Assembly (NCBI GenBank): GCA_016869235.1
Contig: VGER01000004.1
Location: 5,454-69,453 of the forward strand
Length of the DNA: 64,000 nucleotides
Direction of reading: 5' to 3'
DNA from: Alphaproteobacteria bacterium
Lineage (GTDB): Bacteria; Pseudomonadota; Alphaproteobacteria; UBA2966; CAIVPW01
Shown here: positions 58,489-64,000 of the stretch, piece after piece
How positions within the stretch are numbered: position 1 is the first letter of the stretch
Layout: each line of letters begins with the position of its first letter
Notes under the pieces: generated by a model
Database searches by the model: none
What the model saw: only the letters and a program-made list of their open reading frames with translations
What the model was told of the DNA's origin: nothing
Translations under genes and position numbers: made by a program

Positions 58489-59546
58489 GTTTCCTCTGGC
58501 CCTCCATGCTTTGGCTGCTGGTGCTGCCGCCCTTGCTGGTGCTGATGTACCTGTGGGTGCTGCGCCGCAAGAAGCGCGAGGCGCTGCGGTACGCCAACCT
58601 CGCCATGGTGCGCCAGTCGATCGGCCGCGGCTCGCGCTTGCGCCGCCACGCGCCGCCGCTGTTGATGCTCGCGGCCTTCGTCGCGCTGCTGCTGGGCATG
58701 GCGCGCCCCGAGGCATACATGACGCTGCCGTCGCGCACTTCCGACGTCGTCATGGCGATGGACATCTCCGGCAGCATGCGCGCCGGCGACATCGAACCGA
58801 CCCGCATCGAGGCGTCGAAGATCGCGGCGAAGAATTTCATCAAGATGCAGCCGCGCGACGTCAAGATCGGCATAACCGCGTTCGCCGGCTCGGCGCTGCT
58901 GGTGCAGGCGCCCACCATCGACCGCGACGCGCTCGCCACCGTCATCGACCGCATGGAGCTGCAGCGCGGCACCGCCATCGGCAGCGCCATCCTGGTGTCG
59001 CTCAAGACCATCTTTCCGCAGGCGCAGATCGACATCAGCATGATGTCGCCGCAGGAGCGCGCCATGGCGCAGCGCGGCGGCGTTGCCCTCGGCCAGCAGA
59101 CGCCCGGCGCTCCGGAGCCCAAGCCGCATACGCCCGTGCTGCCGGGGTCATACGAGAACGCCATCATCGTCGTGCTTACCGACGGCAACACCAACACCGG
59201 TGTCGACCCGATCCAGGCCGCACGGCTCGCCGCCGACTATGGCGTCAAGGTGTTCACCGTCGGCTTCGGCGCGCAGCCGAGCGGCGGCGTCGCCGAGTTC
59301 GCCGGGCAGCGCCAGCGCTCGATGCTCAACGAGGAGGCGCTGCGCCAGGTCGCCGAGATCACCCGTGGCGCCTACTTCCACGCCTCGACGGCCGAGGAGC
59401 TCACCGAGGTCTACGCCACCCTGAACCGCGAGTTCTTCGTCGAGACGAAGAAGACCGAGGTGACCGCGTTCTTTGCTGCGCTCGCCACGGCGCTAACCTT
59501 CGCGTCGGTGGCGCTGTCGATGATGTGGTTCAGCCGGGTGTTCTAA
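58485..59546 (+). CDS. BatA-like membrane VWA protein
   Basis: N-terminal TM, ARP, MIDAS DISGSM, TAIG, LTDG, C-terminal TM. Confidence 0.88.
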   Translation: MSFLWPSMLWLLVLPPLLVLMYLWVLRRKKREALRYANLAMVRQSIGRGSRLRRHAPPLLMLAAFVALLLGMARPEAYMTLPSRTSDVVMAMDISGSMRAGDIEPTRIEASKIAAKNFIKMQPRDVKIGITAFAGSALLVQAPTIDRDALATVIDRMELQRGTAIGSAILVSLKTIFPQAQIDISMMSPQERAMAQRGGVALGQQTPGAPEPKPHTPVLPGSYENAIIVVLTDGNTNTGVDPIQAARLAADYGVKVFTVGFGAQPSGGVAEFAGQRQRSMLNEEALRQVAEITRGAYFHASTAEELTEVYATLNREFFVETKKTEVTAFFAALATALTFASVALSMMWFSRVF

Positions 59547-59577
59547 GGGTCGTTCCGAAAGCGAGCTGCAGCGCGGC

Positions 59578-60042
59578 TCAGCCGGCGCGAATTCGGTCCA
59601 GCGCGCCCTGCAGGATGTAGGCGGCCGCCATCTTGTCCACCGCCGCGGCGCGCTTCCGGCGTGATGCGTCGGCATCCAGCATGCTGCGTGTCACCGCGGC
59701 CGTGGACAGGCGCTCGTCCCACAGCGCCACCGGCAGCCCGAGCTCGCGTTCGAGGTTGCGTGCGAGTTGCCGCGCCGACTGGGCGCTCGGTCCTTCGCTG
59801 CCGTCCATGTTGCGCGGTAGGCCCATCACCAGTCCGCCGACGTTCTCCTCGTCGGCGATGCCTTTGATCTCGGTCACCAGCACGCCGAGCTTGCCGCGCT
59901 TGAGCGTGGCGTAGGGGGTCGCCACGGCGAGGCCGGGATCGCAGATCGCCACGCCGATGTTCTTCTCGCCCGGGTCGAGCCCGAGCAGGCGCTGGCCCGG
60001 CTTGAGCAGCTGCAAGAGGTCCGTCGGGTTGCGGTCGCCCAT
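59578..60042 (-). CDS. ruvX: YqgF/RuvX pre-16S rRNA nuclease
   Basis: LGLDPG...GVA..D, GLP.NMDG, WDERLST, VDKMAA..ILQ. Confidence 0.93.
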   Translation of the reverse strand: MGDRNPTDLLQLLKPGQRLLGLDPGEKNIGVAICDPGLAVATPYATLKRGKLGVLVTEIKGIADEENVGGLVMGLPRNMDGSEGPSAQSARQLARNLERELGLPVALWDERLSTAAVTRSMLDADASRRKRAAAVDKMAAAYILQGALDRIRAG

Positions 60043-60117
60043 GGTGGCTGGTAGGTTCCGCCCTTCTCGAAACCAAGCGTTTCTGCCGCTTTTGACGGCA
60101 GGTGCAGAAGGTTACAC

Positions 60118-60405
60118 ATGGCGCTGGATAAGGCCACGGTGACGAAGATTGCCCGGCTGGCGCGGCTGCGCGTCGCCGAGACCGAGAAGGACGGGCTGGC
60201 CGGCGAGTTGTCCAACATCCTCTCGTTCATCGAGCAGCTCGACGAGGTGGACACCAAGGGCGTCGAGCCGATGACCAGCGTAGTCGCCGTGCCGCTGCGC
60301 CGGCGCACCGACGAGGTGACCGACGGCGGCAAGCCCGAGGACATCCTCGCCAATGCGCCCGAAGCGACGGCCGGCTTCTTCACCATCCCCAAGGTGATCG
60401 AATAG
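60118..60405 (+). CDS. gatC: Asp/Glu-tRNA amidotransferase subunit C
   Basis: IARLARL, L.EVDT.GVEPM, NAP....FF..PKVIE. Confidence 0.95.
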   Translation: MALDKATVTKIARLARLRVAETEKDGLAGELSNILSFIEQLDEVDTKGVEPMTSVVAVPLRRRTDEVTDGGKPEDILANAPEATAGFFTIPKVIE

Positions 60406-61886
60406 TGGCGGCACTTACCGACCTTTCGCTGGCCGACGCGCGCGATGGACTGAAGGCGCGCAAGTTCTCGGCGACCGAGCTGACGCGCGCCCACGTCGAG
60501 GCGATGGCGGCGGCGCGCCCGCTCAACGCCTTCATCACCGAGACGCCGGAGAGGGCGCTGGCGATGGCGGCCGAGTCCGACAAGCGCATCGCCGCCGGCA
60601 CGGCGCGGCCGCTCGAGGGGCTGCCGATCGCCATCAAGGACCTGTTCTGCACCAAGGGGGTGCGCACCACGGCCGCGTCGCACATCCTCGAGCCGTTCGT
60701 GCCCACCTACGAGTCCGCCGTCACCCAGAAGCTGTTCGACGACGGCGCGGTGATGCTCGGCAAGGTCAATCTCGACGAGTTCGCCATGGGCTCGTCCAAC
60801 GAGACCAGCTACTTCGGCCCGGTCGAGAATCCGTGGCGGCGCATCGGCGAGAATCGCAGCCGCGTGCCGGGCGGCTCGTCGGGCGGCTCGGCTGCCGCGG
60901 TGTCGGGGCGCTTCGCGCTTGCGGCCACCGGCACCGACACCGGCGGCTCCATTCGCCAGCCGGCCGCGTTCTGCGGCATCGTCGGCATCAAGCCGACCTA
61001 CGGGCGCTGCTCGCGCTGGGGCATCGTCGCGTTCGCCTCGTCCTTGGATCAGGCCGGGCCGATGACGCGCACGGTGAAGGACGCCGCCATCATGCTGCGC
61101 TCGATGTCGGGGTTTGATCCCAAGGACTCGACCTCGGTCGACATGGCGGTGCCCGACTACGAGAAGGCGCTGACCGGCAACATCAAAGGCTTGAAGGTCG
61201 GCATCCCCGAGGAATACCGCGTCGACGGCATGCCCAAGGAGATCGAGGCGATCTGGTCGAAAGGCGCCGAGTGGCTGAAGGCGGCCGGCGCCACCATCAA
61301 GCCGGTGAAGCTGCCGCTCACCAAGTACGCGCTACCGACGTACTACATCGTCGCGCCGGCCGAGTGCTCGTCCAACCTGGCGCGCTACGACGGCGTGCGC
61401 TTCGGCTTGCGTGAGAAGGGCGACGACCTCACCGGCATGTACGAGGGCACGCGCGGCGCCGGCTTCGGCCGCGAGGTGCGCCGCCGCATCCTCATCGGCA
61501 CCTACGTGCTCTCGGCCGGCTACTACGACGCCTATTACCTGAAGGCGCAGCGCGTGCGGGCGCTCATCGCCCGCGACTTCGCCAACGCGTTCAAAGATGT
61601 GGACGTGCTGCTCGCGCCGACCGCGCCGTCGGCCGCGTTCGCGCGCGGTGAGAAGACCGCTGATCCCATCGCCATGTACCTGAACGACGTGTTCACGGTG
61701 CCGGCCAGCCTCGCCGGCCTGCCGGGCATTTCGGTGCCGGCCGGCCTCTCCGGCGAGGGGCTGCCGCTCGGCCTGCAGCTCATCGGCCGAGCCTACGACG
61801 AGGAGACCGTGCTGCGCACCGCCGGCGTGCTCGAGCAGGCGGCCCAGTTCAATGCGCGGCCGGCAACATGGTGGAAGCAAAACTAA
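60405..61886 (+). CDS. gatA: Asp/Glu-tRNA amidotransferase subunit A
   Basis: Amidase signature [29 protein letters not shown]. Confidence 0.97.
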   Translation: MAALTDLSLADARDGLKARKFSATELTRAHVEAMAAARPLNAFITETPERALAMAAESDKRIAAGTARPLEGLPIAIKDLFCTKGVRTTAASHILEPFVPTYESAVTQKLFDDGAVMLGKVNLDEFAMGSSNETSYFGPVENPWRRIGENRSRVPGGSSGGSAAAVSGRFALAATGTDTGGSIRQPAAFCGIVGIKPTYGRCSRWGIVAFASSLDQAGPMTRTVKDAAIMLRSMSGFDPKDSTSVDMAVPDYEKALTGNIKGLKVGIPEEYRVDGMPKEIEAIWSKGAEWLKAAGATIKPVKLPLTKYALPTYYIVAPAECSSNLARYDGVRFGLREKGDDLTGMYEGTRGAGFGREVRRRILIGTYVLSAGYYDAYYLKAQRVRALIARDFANAFKDVDVLLAPTAPSAAFARGEKTADPIAMYLNDVFTVPASLAGLPGISVPAGLSGEGLPLGLQLIGRAYDEETVLRTAGVLEQAAQFNARPATWWKQN

Positions 61887-61891
61887 GAAGC

Positions 61892-61920
61892 CCTCATGCT
61901 GAGCTTGTCGAAGCATGAGG
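61892..61920. repeat. Left REP-like hairpin flanking the GIY-YIG gene
   Basis: CCTCATGCT-GAGCTTGTCGA-AGCATGAGG; 9-bp perfect stem. Confidence 0.85.
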
Positions 61921-61938
61921 TCCGCCACATCGCACTCG

Positions 61939-62262
61939 ATGAATGCGTTCGTTTACATCGTTCAATGTAGAGACGGCATGTATTACGTCGGTTCTACGCG
62001 CGGCTCCCTTGATAAGCAAATTGCTGAGCACAACTCCGGTGCGTTCGGCGGGTTCACGGCTTCGCGTCGACCCGTCACGTTGGTTTACTCGCAGAGTTTC
62101 GAACGCATAACGGACGTCATTGCTGCCGAACGCCAACTGAAGGGTTGGAGTCGGGCGAAGAAGCAAGCGTTGATGCGGGGCGAGATGCCGGCGCTTGTAA
62201 TCCTCGCTAAGGGGAGGAAACCTCGTCCTTCGACAGGCTCAGGACGAGGCGCATCGTCATGA
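61939..62262 (+). CDS. Small GIY-YIG nuclease family protein (UPF0213/YhbQ-like)
   Basis: [41 protein letters not shown]; more A/T-ending codons than its neighbours. Confidence 0.9.
   Translation: MNAFVYIVQCRDGMYYVGSTRGSLDKQIAEHNSGAFGGFTASRRPVTLVYSQSFERITDVIAAERQLKGWSRAKKQALMRGEMPALVILAKGRKPRPSTGSGRGASS
62221..62249. repeat. Right REP-like hairpin (inverted copy of the left one)
   Basis: CCTCGTCCT-TCGACAGGCTC-AGGACGAGG; 24/29 identical to the reverse complement of 61892-61920. Confidence 0.85.
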
Positions 62263-63755
62263 CCTCCCCCACCCCCGCGCTTCTCAAAGGCGAGACCGGC
62301 GAGTGGGAGCTCATCATCGGGCTCGAGGTGCACGCCCAGGTCAGCTCGCAGTCCAAGCTCTTCTCCGGCGCGTCCACCGAGTTCGGCGCCGAGCCCAACA
62401 CCCAGGTGTCGCTGGTCGACACGGCGTTCCCCGGCATGCTGCCGGTCATCAACGACTACTGCGTGCAGCAGGCGGTGCGCACCGGCTTGGGTCTCAATGC
62501 GCGCATCAACCTGCGCTCGGTGTTCGACCGCAAGAACTACTTCTATCCCGACCTCCCGCCCGGCTATCAGATCTCGCAGTACAAGCAGCCGATCGTCGGC
62601 GAGGGCATCGTCACGGTCGACCTGCCCGACGGCAGCGTGCGCGAGGTCGGCATCGAGCGCCTGCATCTGGAGCAGGACGCCGGCAAGAGCCTGCACGACC
62701 AGCATCCGAAGCTCACCTACGTCGACCTCAATCGTGCCGGCGTGGCGCTGATGGAGATCGTCTCCAAGCCCGACCTGCGCTCGGCCGAGGAGGCCGGCGC
62801 CTACGTCAAGAAGTTGCGCACGATTCTCCGCTATCTCGGCACCTGCGACGGCAACATGGAGCAGGGGAGTCTGCGCTGCGACGTCAACGTCTCGGTGCGC
62901 AAGCCGGGCGCGCCGCTCGGCACGCGTTGCGAGATCAAGAACGTGAATTCGGTGCGCTTCCTGCAGCAGGCGGTGGAGTTCGAGTCGCGCCGCCAGATCG
63001 ACGCGCTCGAGGCCGGGCGTGCCATCAAGCAGGAGACGCGTCTCTACGATGCCAACACCGGCGAGACGCGCTCCATGCGCTCCAAGGAAGAGGCGCACGA
63101 CTATCGCTACTTCCCCGATCCCGACTTGCTGCCCCTTGAGCTCAGCCAGGACTACGTCGAGAGCATCCGTGGCAGCCTGCCCGAGTTGCCTGACGCCAAG
63201 CGCGCCCGCTTCGAGAAGGATCTCGCCATCTCGCACTACCACGCCCGCGTGCTGGTGGCCGAGAAGGAGTCGGCCGACTACTTCGAGGCGTTCGTCGCCG
63301 CGGTCGAGAAGCGCACCACGAAGTCGGGCCGCGACATCGGCCAGGACTGCGCCAACGTCGTCGTCACTGAGCTGTTCGGCGCGCTCAACAAGGACGCCAA
63401 GCCGATCGAGGCTTCGCCCATCACCCCCGATGCGCTCGCCGGGCTGCAGGCGCTCAAGATGGACGGCACCATCTCCGGCCCGACCGCCAAGAAGGTGTTC
63501 GAGGAGATGTACGCCACCGGCAAGCAGGCCGCCGCCATCGTCGAGGAGAAGGGCCTCCGTCAGGTCTCCGACACCGGCGCCTTGGAGGCGATGGTGGACA
63601 AGGTCATCGCCGACAACCCCAAGCAGGTCGAGCAGTACCGCGGCGGCAAGGAAACCGTGCTGACCTTCTTCGTCGGCCAGATCATGAAAGCCAGCCGCGG
63701 CACCGCCAACCCGGCGGTGATCAACGAGCTGCTGAAGAAGAAGTTGGCGAGGTAG
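62259..63755 (+). CDS. gatB: Asp/Glu-tRNA amidotransferase subunit B
   Basis: [39 protein letters not shown]. Confidence 0.97.
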   Translation: MTSPTPALLKGETGEWELIIGLEVHAQVSSQSKLFSGASTEFGAEPNTQVSLVDTAFPGMLPVINDYCVQQAVRTGLGLNARINLRSVFDRKNYFYPDLPPGYQISQYKQPIVGEGIVTVDLPDGSVREVGIERLHLEQDAGKSLHDQHPKLTYVDLNRAGVALMEIVSKPDLRSAEEAGAYVKKLRTILRYLGTCDGNMEQGSLRCDVNVSVRKPGAPLGTRCEIKNVNSVRFLQQAVEFESRRQIDALEAGRAIKQETRLYDANTGETRSMRSKEEAHDYRYFPDPDLLPLELSQDYVESIRGSLPELPDAKRARFEKDLAISHYHARVLVAEKESADYFEAFVAAVEKRTTKSGRDIGQDCANVVVTELFGALNKDAKPIEASPITPDALAGLQALKMDGTISGPTAKKVFEEMYATGKQAAAIVEEKGLRQVSDTGALEAMVDKVIADNPKQVEQYRGGKETVLTFFVGQIMKASRGTANPAVINELLKKKLAR

Positions 63756-63767
63756 CCAGTCCTTGAG

Positions 63768-63802
63768 CCCTCGCCCGCATGGCGAGAGGGAAGGGAGAGT
63801 GG
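63768..63802. repeat. Degenerate CCCTC...GAGGG palindromic element after gatB
   Basis: CCCTCGCCCGCATGGCGAGAGGG followed by AAGGGAGAGTGG. Confidence 0.4.
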
Positions 63803-63815
63803 CAAGTGAATCGTC

Positions 63816-64000
63816 GTGCCGACCTCGCTCGCCTGCACCTACGATCCGGCCCTCCGCCTGCTCACCACCGAGTTGATCGGCACCGTCACCGTCGCCGACG
63901 CCGAGCGGTGGAATGCCAACGTCGGCTCCGCGCTCGCCGCCATCCCGGACGGGACATCGTTCCGGTGGCTCTCCAACATGCATGGCTACGAGCCGGCCGA
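63816..64000 (+). CDS. Hypothetical protein (3' truncated by window)
   Basis: GTG start; open to the window end with host-like codon usage (MPTSLACTYDPALRLLTTELIGTVTVADAERW...). Confidence 0.5.
   Translation, partial: MPTSLACTYDPALRLLTTELIGTVTVADAERWNANVGSALAAIPDGTSFRWLSNMHGYEPA

Noticed and set aside
61892..62249. CRISPR array or simple terminators as the explanation for the 29-nt hairpins
   Set aside because: There are only two copies, inverted and about 300 bp apart, with no cas genes, no U-tracts and an intra-operon position.
1..64000. Genome-wide reassignment of TAG to an amino acid
   Set aside because: TAG ends many essential genes at their conserved C-termini; full read-through would fuse rplN-rplX-rplE and rpmD-rplO.

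Overview
High-GC alphaproteobacterial chromosome segment; the lineage is inferred from gene order and protein signatures. It begins with the distal spc/alpha ribosomal operons (rplN-rplQ, secY, adk, rpoA). Conserved blocks follow: rarA-rluC-ATP12-acyP; lipB/fliN-like/tRNA-Leu/mgtE; galU-ugd; dac/clpS-clpA; DUF3572/pleD/rpmG/rnr/topA/dprA/plsY/pyrC/pyrB; and ruvX/gatCAB. Accessory DNA lies at about 29-37.5 kb (VPLPA-CTERM-type protein, large di-heme peroxidase, paired exported TPR proteins) and 55.6-59.5 kb (protease-MoxR-DUF58-VWA). The top candidate for an undescribed system is a small GIY-YIG nuclease gene inserted between gatA and gatB. It is bracketed by two inverted 29-nt hairpins whose stem differences are all compensatory, which suggests a REP-like, structure-recognising mobile unit without a transposase. 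Other signals: at least seven single-lesion disrupted non-essential genes (three in-frame TAG, one TAA, three +1 frameshifts) while core genes are intact; a 24-bp perfect palindrome with near-duplicated flanks (IS scar); a candidate sRNA; pleD without divK; a PlsY with two extra helices; and a sigma54/IHF promoter on a degenerate GGDEF gene. All family assignments are by motif recognition, with no database search.
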